Notes under the pieces: generated by a model
What the model was told of the DNA's origin: nothing
What the model saw: the letters and a program-made list of their open reading frames with translations, nothing else
Database searches by the model: none
Part shown: piece after piece, positions 37,519 through 46,276 of the stretch
How the letters are laid out: each line of letters opens with the position of its first letter
Numbering within the stretch: the first letter of the stretch is position 1
From: Methanobacteriota archaeon
Lineage (GTDB): Archaea > Thermoplasmatota > Thermoplasmata > SG8-5 > JAGLSY01
NCBI GenBank assembly: GCA_020697715.1
Contig: JAEHCO010000001.1
Span: forward strand, 576,001 to 640,000
DNA length: 64,000 nucleotides
Direction of reading: 5' to 3'
Translations under genes and position numbers: made by a program

Positions 37519-38790
37519 ATGACTTTGAAAACTTTTCATGATAGTGTAGAACCTTTATTGGGTCAGATAGATTTTACTTTTCTTAAGGACAATAGGATAT
37601 GTTTCACATGCCTAGGCAGGATATTTGCCAAGCTCGGGCAGGATGGGGATGAAGAAGGACTGTCCAATCAGGTAAGAGGACAGGAAATAAAGAGGATGAA
37701 GGATGTGCCCGACCCAACAGAGCCTGAGGATTGCTGGCTCTGCGAAGGCATAACCAATGATTATCCAAGATTTGCTTCAATGGCGATCGAAAAGATGAAG
37801 GAATGGGAGCATGACACATTCCTCTTAGGATCCAAGTTCGATGCCGAGATGGTGGAGAAAGAGGAATTGATATGGTCGGAGATATCCGGAGAGTTCAGCG
37901 AACCCATAAAGGCCGAGTTCAACAGAGAAGTGGGCAAGCTGGTACATATTGAAATGGGCAAAGAGCCAGAATTCAGCAAGCCAGACATCGTGGCCGTGAT
38001 AGACACCATGTACGAATCAGTGAACCTTCAAATATCTCCACTGTACATTTATGGTAGATATACAAAATCCAAAAGAGGCATACCGCAGACAAGATGGCCA
38101 TGCCGGCAATGCATGGGCAAAGGTTGCAGTAAATGTGACAATACCGGCAAGCTTTATCAGACCAGTGTGGAGGAGATCGTCGCCCAGGAGGTCATGAAGT
38201 ATTCCGGAGGAAAGGATCACAGATTCCATGGCATGGGTAGGGAAGACATTGACGCTCTCATGAAAGGAAGAGGTAGGCCCTTCGTGGTGGAGATCAAGGA
38301 GCCGATGAAAAGAGCCCTTCCATTGGATAAGATAATGGAAGCTCTGCAAGATCCCGATCTGGGAGCCTCGGCCACGGAAATGCGCCCATCTGATAATGAC
38401 GAGGTGGTTCGTATCAAGAGTGCCAGATCAGATAAACAATACATGATATCAGGCATAATTCAAGGTGACTTCTCCGAGGAAAAGCTTAAAGAAGTAGTTG
38501 CATCTCTTGGTGAGAAAACGATCGATCAAAAGACCCCCACTAGAGTGAAGCATCGAAGGGCAGATAAGATCAGGAAAAGGAAAGTGAAAACAATTTCCAT
38601 TCTTGAACTGTCTGGAGATCGGGTGGCATTTGCCATTACCGCGGAAGCCGGTACCTATATCAAGGAACTGGTCCACGGGGATGATGGCCGAACCATCCCA
38701 AGCGTCGCTGGTGAGTTGGGTGTGGAGATCAAAGTAGAAGAACTGGATGTACTGGAAATATTAGACAGTGATGATCCAGGGGCTGATTGA
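37519..38790 (+). CDS. pus10: tRNA pseudouridine(54/55) synthase Pus10
   Basis: CxxCLGR.FAKLG, GRYTK..RGIPQTRW, catalytic GREDIDA, QKTPTRV, AGTYIKELVHGDDGRT. Confidence 0.95.
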   Translation: MTLKTFHDSVEPLLGQIDFTFLKDNRICFTCLGRIFAKLGQDGDEEGLSNQVRGQEIKRMKDVPDPTEPEDCWLCEGITNDYPRFASMAIEKMKEWEHDTFLLGSKFDAEMVEKEELIWSEISGEFSEPIKAEFNREVGKLVHIEMGKEPEFSKPDIVAVIDTMYESVNLQISPLYIYGRYTKSKRGIPQTRWPCRQCMGKGCSKCDNTGKLYQTSVEEIVAQEVMKYSGGKDHRFHGMGREDIDALMKGRGRPFVVEIKEPMKRALPLDKIMEALQDPDLGASATEMRPSDNDEVVRIKSARSDKQYMISGIIQGDFSEEKLKEVVASLGEKTIDQKTPTRVKHRRADKIRKRKVKTISILELSGDRVAFAITAEAGTYIKELVHGDDGRTIPSVAGELGVEIKVEELDVLEILDSDDPGAD

Positions 38791-38791
38791 A

Positions 38792-39085
38792 ATGGTAAAA
38801 AGGTCCAGAGGAATAAGAAGTAGATCAAGAATGATCTTGCGGAAATCCGTGAGACAGAAAGGCATGCCGCCATTGACCAAGACATTCGCTAATTTTGAAG
38901 ATGGCGAGAAGGTCAATATAGTTATCGAACCAAGTGTTCATAGTGGAATGCCGCATGTTAGGTTCCAAGGTTTATGTGGAACCATAACTGGAAAGCAGGG
39001 CAATGCCTTTATCGTGACTTTGAAGCACGGCAACAAGGAAAAGCAGCTTATTGTCGGTCCAGAACACCTGAAAAAGCAGGGGTGA
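38792..39085 (+). CDS. rpl21e: 50S ribosomal protein L21e
   Basis: MVKRSRG.RSRSR...GMPHVRFQG...PEHLK. Confidence 0.95.
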   Translation: MVKRSRGIRSRSRMILRKSVRQKGMPPLTKTFANFEDGEKVNIVIEPSVHSGMPHVRFQGLCGTITGKQGNAFIVTLKHGNKEKQLIVGPEHLKKQG

Positions 39086-39089
39086 TATT

Positions 39090-39410
39090 ATTTCTGATAC
39101 ACAGTGTTTGACACTAGCAGAGGTAAAGGAGTTGCTCGAGAAAGAACAGAATGGTCGAGAGCTCAACACGGAGCAGAACTATGCTCTGACTCACGCCCTG
39201 AAGTTCGCCAAACTGGATGCGAAATCATCAAGGAAATTGGTGGAAGAGCTCCAGAAGATCGAGCCTTTATCCGAGCTTCATGCTTGTAAATTGGCAGATA
39301 TCATGCCCAAGTATCCGGATGAGGTCAGGACAATATTTGCGAAAGAAAGGTTCGTACTAGATGCGCCCCTTATCGAGCAGATATTGGAGACAATAAGGAA
39401 AAGTGAATAG
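39090..39410 (+). CDS. rpo4: RNA polymerase subunit Rpo4 (RpoF); probable ATT start at 39090 (ORF-track start TTG 39108)
   Basis: TLAEVKELL...EQ.YAL.HA.KFAKL...KLADIMP...EVRTIF; sits in the conserved rpl21e-rpo4-DUF655 gene order. Confidence 0.9.
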   Translation: MSDTQCLTLAEVKELLEKEQNGRELNTEQNYALTHALKFAKLDAKSSRKLVEELQKIEPLSELHACKLADIMPKYPDEVRTIFAKERFVLDAPLIEQILETIRKSE

Positions 39411-39423
39411 GCGGGGTATAGAG

Positions 39424-39972
39424 GTGGAAGACTACGCATTTATATTGGATCATTTACCACACGGGAGAGCCGACAAGAGGGGCTTCCGTCGTGAACCAAT
39501 AGCATATGCTGTAGGCGAGAGTGAGTTCAAACTGTTTGAACTCACACCCAAAGATAATGCTCCTTTGACAATTGGCGATAGGGTGTATATCGGCAAGAAT
39601 GCGGAGCTCAGGCACGATATATTGCATGTCAAGCGCAGGGTGAGATATGAAGATCTCACAAATGCATCCCATAGTGAATTGCCATATGTGCTTTTGCAGA
39701 TAGTGAAGGACAGAGAGGAATTCTTTGTCAAATTCTACAATGATGCAAGAGCCATCACCACACGTTTCCATATGCTGGAATTGCTCCCTGGATTGGGTAA
39801 AAAATCCATGTGGGCCATCATAGATGAGAGAAAGAAGAAACCTTTCACGTCCTTTGAAGATCTTGGTGAGCGCGTCTCATCTGTACATCACCCGGATAAG
39901 CTGATCGCCAAACGTATCGAGCAGGAGCTTTCAGAGGCAGAGCAGAAATACCACATATTTGTGGCAAAATAG
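39424..39972 (+). CDS. DUF655 family putative RNA-binding protein
   Basis: EDYAFILD...GDRVYIGK...HMLELLPGLGKK...PFTSFEDL; GTG start inferred. Confidence 0.88.
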   Translation: MEDYAFILDHLPHGRADKRGFRREPIAYAVGESEFKLFELTPKDNAPLTIGDRVYIGKNAELRHDILHVKRRVRYEDLTNASHSELPYVLLQIVKDREEFFVKFYNDARAITTRFHMLELLPGLGKKSMWAIIDERKKKPFTSFEDLGERVSSVHHPDKLIAKRIEQELSEAEQKYHIFVAK

Positions 39973-40009
39973 ATAAGATCACATTTGAAAATATAATAGA
40001 GGAATTAAC

Positions 40010-40297
40010 ATGAAAGCACTTAGTACATGTAAGGGTTGTGGCCGAAAAAGGCTGTTGAACATACTGATGTTGTGCAAGAGATGCAACAAGGACGCGGGCA
40101 AGTACGTCAGCAAGAAAGAAATGGAAAAGATCCAGGCAGATTCAGCAGCGGCATCCGCAGCAGCTTCAGAAGCCAAGGCAGCCGATGCAGAGGCAGCAGC
40201 AGCCAAGGCGGAAGATGCAGCAGCAGAGGCAGCCGAGGGCGAGGAAGGAGCAGAAGGCGAGGCTCCTGCCGAGGACGCGGCTGAAAAATCTGAGTAG
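40010..40297 (+). CDS. Small hypothetical Zn-ribbon protein with Ala/Glu-rich tail
   Basis: AGAGGA SD; CKGC-x11-CKRC basic N-terminus; acidic low-complexity tail. Confidence 0.7.
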   Translation: MKALSTCKGCGRKRLLNILMLCKRCNKDAGKYVSKKEMEKIQADSAAASAAASEAKAADAEAAAAKAEDAAAEAAEGEEGAEGEAPAEDAAEKSE

Positions 40298-40338
40298 GCA
40301 GCTTCCTATAGCCCAGCTCGTAGTTACCGAGGGATCAT

Positions 40339-40360
40339 CATCCAGCTATAATGCTGGATG
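40339..40360 (+). terminator. Hairpin after the alba-to-Zn-ribbon gene run
   Basis: catccagc-tataat-gctggatg forms a perfect 8-bp stem followed by pyrimidines. Confidence 0.45.
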
Positions 40361-40475
40361 TCTATTCCTTTCAAATTATTATATCAATATCGATCCTAAA
40401 TTTCGAACCCTTTGTGGGTGGGTATAGGGTATTCCCATCTACACCTTTATGTATAACAATTAGATACAGGCATAT

Positions 40476-43172
40476 ATGACAGACAGTCAGTGGCACTCTC
40501 TATCGGTGGAAGAAACATTCAATAAGCTTGCTTCTTCAAAGGATGGTCTTAATGAGACCGAAGTATCTGGAAGACTGGAAAAGTATGGTCCCAATGAGCT
40601 GACCATGCAAAAGGGCACATCGCCTTTGATAATTTTCCTGAATCAGTTCAAAGACCTGATGGTCATTATTTTGATCATCGCGACCATCATATCAGCAGCA
40701 CTTGGAGAATATATTGATTCTGTTGTTATTTTGATCATTCTGATCTTAAATGCCATCATCGGCTTTTCGCAAGAGTACAAAGCGGAAAAAGCAATCATGG
40801 CACTTCAAGCACTTGCCGCGCCCAATGCCACCGTCATTCGCAATGGCAAAGAGCATATAATCCCTGCAAGAGACTTGGTGGTAGGGGATGTCGTGCTTCT
40901 ACAAACAGGTTACATGGTGCCTGCAGATTGTCGTCTCATAGAGGCTATTAATCTAAAGGTGAACGAATCCTCGCTTACTGGAGAATCCAAAGCAGTTAAC
41001 AAGGATGCGAACAAGATATGTGACAAAAAGACCTTTTTGGGAGACCGACTCAATATGGTATTTAGCTCCACCACAGTGGAGTATGGACGTGGCATGGCGA
41101 TCGTCACCGCGATAGGTATGCAGACCGAGATCGGCCACATTGCGGATATGATACGCAAGGTGGAGTTCGAACAGACGCCCCTTCAGTTGAAATTAGAAAA
41201 ATTGGGAAAGCAAATCGGTGTCGCTATACTGGCATTATGCGCACTCGTATTCTTTGTTGAGATCATCCGCTCTGGTAGTGATAATGTCCTCCATGTTCTT
41301 CTTGTATCTGTGAGCCTGGCAGTAGCAGCGATCCCTGAAGGATTACCCGCTGTTGTTACCATTAGTCTAGCCATAGGCCTTCAAAGGATGTTGAAGAAAC
41401 GGGCTTTGATAAGACGATTACCTGCTGTAGAGACACTAGGTAGCACTACGGTGATATGCTCGGACAAGACTGGTACTTTGACAAAAGGTGTTATGAACAT
41501 CAGACTGATCAAAACTTTAGATAATACATATGATGTAACTGGGGAGGGATATGAGCCTGTGGGTGATTTTGCTTCTGAAGGAATTCAAATAGATCCATCA
41601 GAAGACACAGGATTAAGATCTTTGTTAACGGCAGGAGCTCTGTGTAATGATTCCAAGCTGGAGCAAGAGGATGGCCAGTGGGTGGTTCATGGAGATTCCA
41701 CTGAAGGTGCTTTCATTGTAGCTGCCAATAAAGCAGGCATAAATGGACCGGATATTGTGGAACATATGCCCCGATATGCTGAAAATCCTTTTGATTCAGA
41801 AAGAAAGCGCATGTCAACCGTGCATAAGGACGGATCTGGCAATTGCCTGGTGTACGCCAAGGGAGCGATGGATAGTATATTGCCTTGCTGTACCAGAAAG
41901 ATGGTTGGGGGATCGATCCAGCCTCTTGATGATGCCGATAGAACCCAAATAGAGGAAATGAATGCCAGTATGGCAAATAACGCCTATCGTGTATTGGCTC
42001 TAGCTTACAAAGATTCTGAGTGTATGATAGATACCAAGGATGCCGAATCCAATTTGGTCTTCATTGGTCTTGTTGGCATGATAGATGCTCCAAGGAAAGA
42101 AGCTATCCATGCGATCCAGGAATGTAAGAAAGCTGGTATCCATGTAGTGATGATAACCGGTGACCACAAGCTCACAGCTATGTCCATTGCAAAGCAGATG
42201 GGTATAGCATCCGAGGATTCTATCTCCCTCACAGGTGTCGAACTTGACAATATGTCCGATGAACAATTATATGATGTTGTGGAGAAGGTGGCGGTGTACG
42301 CCAGGGTCTCGCCAGAGCACAAGATGAAGATAATCGAAGCCTGGAAAAAACATGGCCAGATCGTCGCAATGACCGGTGATGGTGTTAATGACGCCCCCGC
42401 TCTGAAATTGGCAGATGTCGGGATCGCGATGGGGATAACAGGGACCGATGTTTCCAAAGAGGCTGCGGAAATGGTCTTGACCGATGATAACTTTGCTTCA
42501 ATAGTTGGTGCGGTGGAAGAGGGGAGAAGATGCTTCGATAATATCCGTAAATTCTTAAAATACACTTTGACATCCAACTCGGGCGAGATATGGGTGATGT
42601 TGATGGGCCCTTTCATAGGCATGCCACTGGCATTGCTTCCATTACAGATATTGTGGATAAATCTGGTGACAGATGGATTACCAGGCCTCGCTCTGGCCTT
42701 CGAGCCTACAGAGCGGGACACAATGAGCCGATCCCCATATCATCCAACAGAGGACATCATAGACAAGAGAATGAAATACCATATACTCTGGGTCGGAATA
42801 TTGATGGGAAGTATATCCCTGGGCGTTGGTTACTATGCTTGGAAGACCGCGGATCCTCTGTGGCAGACGATGATATTCACCACCCTGACTCTATCTCAGA
42901 TGGGTCATGTAATGGCAATTCGTTCCGGTCGTGAATCATTATTCACCGTAGGTGTGTTCTCTAACATGAAGCTAATAGCAGCAGTTTCATTGACCTTCGT
43001 ACTTCAATTGATGGTCATATACATGCCTTTCATGCAGGAGATATTCAAGACCATCGCTCTACCCATTGATGTCCTGATCTATTGTCTGGCTCTGAGTACG
43101 GTAGTGTTCTGGGGTGTGGAATTGGAAAAATGGATATATCGAAGAAGGGCTAGATCTTCAGAGCAGGGCTAA
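40476..43172 (+). CDS. Cation-translocating P-type ATPase (P2A, Ca2+-type)
   Basis: TGES, IPEGLP, CSDKTGT, MITGD, TGDGVNDAPAL, QILWINLVTDGLP. Confidence 0.93.
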   Translation: MTDSQWHSLSVEETFNKLASSKDGLNETEVSGRLEKYGPNELTMQKGTSPLIIFLNQFKDLMVIILIIATIISAALGEYIDSVVILIILILNAIIGFSQEYKAEKAIMALQALAAPNATVIRNGKEHIIPARDLVVGDVVLLQTGYMVPADCRLIEAINLKVNESSLTGESKAVNKDANKICDKKTFLGDRLNMVFSSTTVEYGRGMAIVTAIGMQTEIGHIADMIRKVEFEQTPLQLKLEKLGKQIGVAILALCALVFFVEIIRSGSDNVLHVLLVSVSLAVAAIPEGLPAVVTISLAIGLQRMLKKRALIRRLPAVETLGSTTVICSDKTGTLTKGVMNIRLIKTLDNTYDVTGEGYEPVGDFASEGIQIDPSEDTGLRSLLTAGALCNDSKLEQEDGQWVVHGDSTEGAFIVAANKAGINGPDIVEHMPRYAENPFDSERKRMSTVHKDGSGNCLVYAKGAMDSILPCCTRKMVGGSIQPLDDADRTQIEEMNASMANNAYRVLALAYKDSECMIDTKDAESNLVFIGLVGMIDAPRKEAIHAIQECKKAGIHVVMITGDHKLTAMSIAKQMGIASEDSISLTGVELDNMSDEQLYDVVEKVAVYARVSPEHKMKIIEAWKKHGQIVAMTGDGVNDAPALKLADVGIAMGITGTDVSKEAAEMVLTDDNFASIVGAVEEGRRCFDNIRKFLKYTLTSNSGEIWVMLMGPFIGMPLALLPLQILWINLVTDGLPGLALAFEPTERDTMSRSPYHPTEDIIDKRMKYHILWVGILMGSISLGVGYYAWKTADPLWQTMIFTTLTLSQMGHVMAIRSGRESLFTVGVFSNMKLIAAVSLTFVLQLMVIYMPFMQEIFKTIALPIDVLIYCLALSTVVFWGVELEKWIYRRRARSSEQG

Positions 43173-43272
43173 ATCAAATAACTTATATCTGATAACATTC
43201 TCCGTAGTTGCGCACATATGGAATGCACATATGCAAGTATGAGCTTCAGGTGTGTGATCAGGAGACTGAACC

Positions 43273-44553
43273 ATGCTGGACATAAAGTTGATCAGGGATA
43301 ACCCGGACATCATCAGGGCTGACCTTCGCAAGCGAAAGGATGAGGATAAATTGCAGGTTCTCGAGGACATTCTGGCGGATGATGCCAAATGGCGAGAATC
43401 AAATATCAAGGCTGATGAGCTCAAAGCCAGCCGTAATAAAATATCCAAGGAGATCGCCAGCATCAAGAAAGCTGGCGGTGATGCCTCTAAACAACTTGAC
43501 CAAATGAAGGACATCAATGATGAGATCCAAAAGCTGGATGAGGATACCAGATATTTGAAAGATTCAGTTGACAGCAAGAAAATGATCTTGCCTAACATTC
43601 TCCATGAGAGCGTGCCAGTGGGCGAGGATGATCAAAAGAATGTCGAGCTCAAGAAGTGGGGACAGCCCCCGGAATTCGATTTCGACCTGAAACCACATGC
43701 GGAATTGGCCGAAGATCTCGGTATCGCGGACTTCGACCGCGCCGGCAGGGTTTCCGGCGCGGGTTTCAATTACCTCATGGGCGACCTGGCCTATCTCGAC
43801 CTGGCCATCATAAATTTCGCAGCCGAGTTCATGATCGGTAAGGGCTACACACTTGTTGAACCGCCTTTCATGCTCAAGCGCAAACCGTACGAAGGCGTGA
43901 CCGATATGGGCGACTTTGAGGATGTGATGTACAAGATAGAGGGCGAAGACCTGTATCTCATTGCCACTTCCGAGCACCCGATGGCCGCCATGTTCCAGGG
44001 TGAGATAATGGATGAGGAAAAAATGCCCATGAAACTGGTCGGTTTCTCGCCATGCTTCAGGAAGGAGATCGGAGCACATGGCGTGGATACAAAGGGATTA
44101 TTCCGCATGCACCAGTTCAACAAGATAGAACAATTTATATTTTGCAAACCGGAAGATTCCTGGAAGTATCATGAGGAGCTCCTGGCAAACACCGAGGAAA
44201 TGTACCAATTACTTGGGATCCCATACCGCGTGGTCAATGTCTGCACCGGAGATATTGGCAACCTGGCAGCTAAAAAGTACGATATCGAGGCATGGTTCCC
44301 GAGACAAGACAAATATGGCGAGGTCGCATCATGCTCCAATTGTACAGATTACCAGGCCAGGCGACTTGGAATTAGAATGGGCAAGGTCGGCGGCAAGGAT
44401 AAGAAATCCATCCCACACACATTGAACAACACCGCACTGGCCACCTCCCGAACCATGGTGGCCATTCTGGAGAACTACCAGAACGTGGATGGTACAGTTA
44501 CCATCCCCGAGGTCTTGCGCAAGTACATGGGCGGGAAAGAGCTTATTCAATAA
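43273..44553 (+). CDS. serS: Serine--tRNA ligase
   Basis: MLDIKLIR coiled-coil arm, LIATSEH, PCFRKE, RMHQFNKIE, SCSNCTDYQARR, HTLNNT. Confidence 0.96.
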   Translation: MLDIKLIRDNPDIIRADLRKRKDEDKLQVLEDILADDAKWRESNIKADELKASRNKISKEIASIKKAGGDASKQLDQMKDINDEIQKLDEDTRYLKDSVDSKKMILPNILHESVPVGEDDQKNVELKKWGQPPEFDFDLKPHAELAEDLGIADFDRAGRVSGAGFNYLMGDLAYLDLAIINFAAEFMIGKGYTLVEPPFMLKRKPYEGVTDMGDFEDVMYKIEGEDLYLIATSEHPMAAMFQGEIMDEEKMPMKLVGFSPCFRKEIGAHGVDTKGLFRMHQFNKIEQFIFCKPEDSWKYHEELLANTEEMYQLLGIPYRVVNVCTGDIGNLAAKKYDIEAWFPRQDKYGEVASCSNCTDYQARRLGIRMGKVGGKDKKSIPHTLNNTALATSRTMVAILENYQNVDGTVTIPEVLRKYMGGKELIQ

Positions 44554-44572
44554 TCATGCAAAGCGATGATCA

Positions 44573-44712
44573 TGCGAACATGCCCCGTCTGATTGAACCG
44601 ATAGAACCAAGGAGGGCGGGGTACTATATTCAATGAGTATGCGGGTGACAGTTCTCTATTCGAAACCCCGTCCAAAGGGCGGGGAGGTCCATCTCTCTAA
44701 AATTCTAAACAC
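44573..44712 (+). repeat. Copy B of the dispersed twin-hairpin non-coding element
   Basis: Two ccccgtc...gggcgggg hairpins with the same ordered blocks as 31438-31613 (minus strand). Confidence 0.88.
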
Positions 44713-44786
44713 GATGAGCAGGTTTCTTCTCCAAACTACCGAAACCCACATATAATTCATAGACGGTATACGGGGTCGGTGTTAAT

Positions 44787-46127
44787 ATGCCCGTATGCCC
44801 GCTTGAATTCAGATATGGCCGAGAAGAGATGAAGAGGATTTTCGATGAAGAAGTACGTCTGCAGCTGATGCTGGATGTCGAGGCAGCTATTGCCAGGGCC
44901 CACGCGAAGGTGGGGAATATCGACAAAGAGCACGCGGACATCATCACCCAAAAGGCCAATAGCCAGATAGTGAAATTAGAGCGTGTTTGGGAGATCGAGA
45001 AGGACACCAACCACGACATAATGGCCATGGTCAAAGCACTCACGGAACAATGCGGGCCAGCAGGGGACTATGTCCATCTGGGAGCCACCTCCAATGACAT
45101 CGTGGATACGGTCACAGCGCTGCAGTTCAACAAGGCCATAGAGATGATCATCGACGATCTGATGATACTGGAGCATACGATGATCGACCTAGCGGAAGAA
45201 CACAAGCACACGGTCATGGTCGGTAGGACCCATGGCCAGTTCGCCATACCACTGACATTCGGAATGAAGATCGCGGCCTATGCCCTGGAGACACATAGGC
45301 ATCTCCAGCGTTTGGAGGAAGCCAGATCCCGGATCTGCGTCGGGAAATTGAGTGGCGCGGTGGGCACAGGAGCGGCATTGGGCGAGCATGCGAAGGATCT
45401 GCAAACTATAACCATGGAGGAACTTGGACTCGGATATGAAGAGGCCAGTCTTCAGTTAGTGGGCAGGGACAGGTATGTGGAATTTATCTCGATATTGGCA
45501 AATATCTCGGCCTCTCTAGAAAAATTCTCGGTGGAGATCAGAAATCTCCAACGCAGTGAGATAGGCGAGGTTGCCGAGGCTTTCGATAAAGCCAAACAGG
45601 TCGGTAGCTCCACCATGGCGCATAAGAAGAACCCGATCATGTGCGAGAACATCACTGGATTGGCAAGGGTCCAGCGAGCTTTCATAATTCCGACATTGGA
45701 AAATTCACCACTTTGGCATGAGCGAGATCTATCAAATTCATCTGCCGAGCGTTTTACATTGGGCCACAGCTGTGTGCTGGTGGATGACATGCTGGTGAAG
45801 ATGAACAAGGTCTTCGCCAATCTCGCGGTCTTCCCCGAGAAAATGAAAAAGAATATCGAGATGAGCAAGGGCTTGATCATGGCTGAAGCCCTGATGATGG
45901 CTCTGGTGAAGAAAGGAATAGGCCGCCAGGACGCGCATGAAGTAACTCGCCGAATATCCATGAAATGCATTGACGAGGGGCATGATATTCGAACCGGCGC
46001 GATGCAGGATGAGATCATATCCGATCTATGGACACCGGAAGAACTGGACGTCATACTGGACGCGGCCAATTACACCGGAAGGGCAGCGGAGATCGTTGAT
46101 GATGTCGCGGACATCATCAACGGATAG
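44787..46127 (+). CDS. purB: Adenylosuccinate lyase
   Basis: HDIMA, HLGATSND, GRTHGQ, SGAVG, GSSTMAHKKNP, WHERDLSNS. Confidence 0.96.
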   Translation: MPVCPLEFRYGREEMKRIFDEEVRLQLMLDVEAAIARAHAKVGNIDKEHADIITQKANSQIVKLERVWEIEKDTNHDIMAMVKALTEQCGPAGDYVHLGATSNDIVDTVTALQFNKAIEMIIDDLMILEHTMIDLAEEHKHTVMVGRTHGQFAIPLTFGMKIAAYALETHRHLQRLEEARSRICVGKLSGAVGTGAALGEHAKDLQTITMEELGLGYEEASLQLVGRDRYVEFISILANISASLEKFSVEIRNLQRSEIGEVAEAFDKAKQVGSSTMAHKKNPIMCENITGLARVQRAFIIPTLENSPLWHERDLSNSSAERFTLGHSCVLVDDMLVKMNKVFANLAVFPEKMKKNIEMSKGLIMAEALMMALVKKGIGRQDAHEVTRRISMKCIDEGHDIRTGAMQDEIISDLWTPEELDVILDAANYTGRAAEIVDDVADIING

Positions 46128-46202
46128 ACTAGTGATAGACTAGTACTGCATTGGTAAAAGTTTATATCCATATCTTTATTCCTAGTTCTATCTAAACTGA
46201 TT

Positions 46203-46276
46203 GGGCACATAGATCAGCTCGGAAGATCGCTGCCTTCGCAAGGCAGAGGCCGCGGGTTCAAATCCCGCTGTGTCCA
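46203..46276 (+). tRNA. tRNA-Ala (CGC)
   Basis: Acceptor stem GGGCACA/TGTGTCC with the G3:U70 Ala determinant; anticodon arm ctgcc-ttCGCaa-ggcag; T-arm gcggg-ttcaaat-cccgc; TTTATA box upstream and T-run downstream. Confidence 0.96.

Noticed and set aside
44573-44712. Hammerhead, twister, SECIS or H/ACA identity for the twin-hairpin element
   Set aside because: CTGA and CGAAAC are present, but the CUGANGA core is broken in both copies. The twister UAA/AAGC motifs are missing, no in-frame UGA gene is adjacent, and the ACA is not next to a stem.
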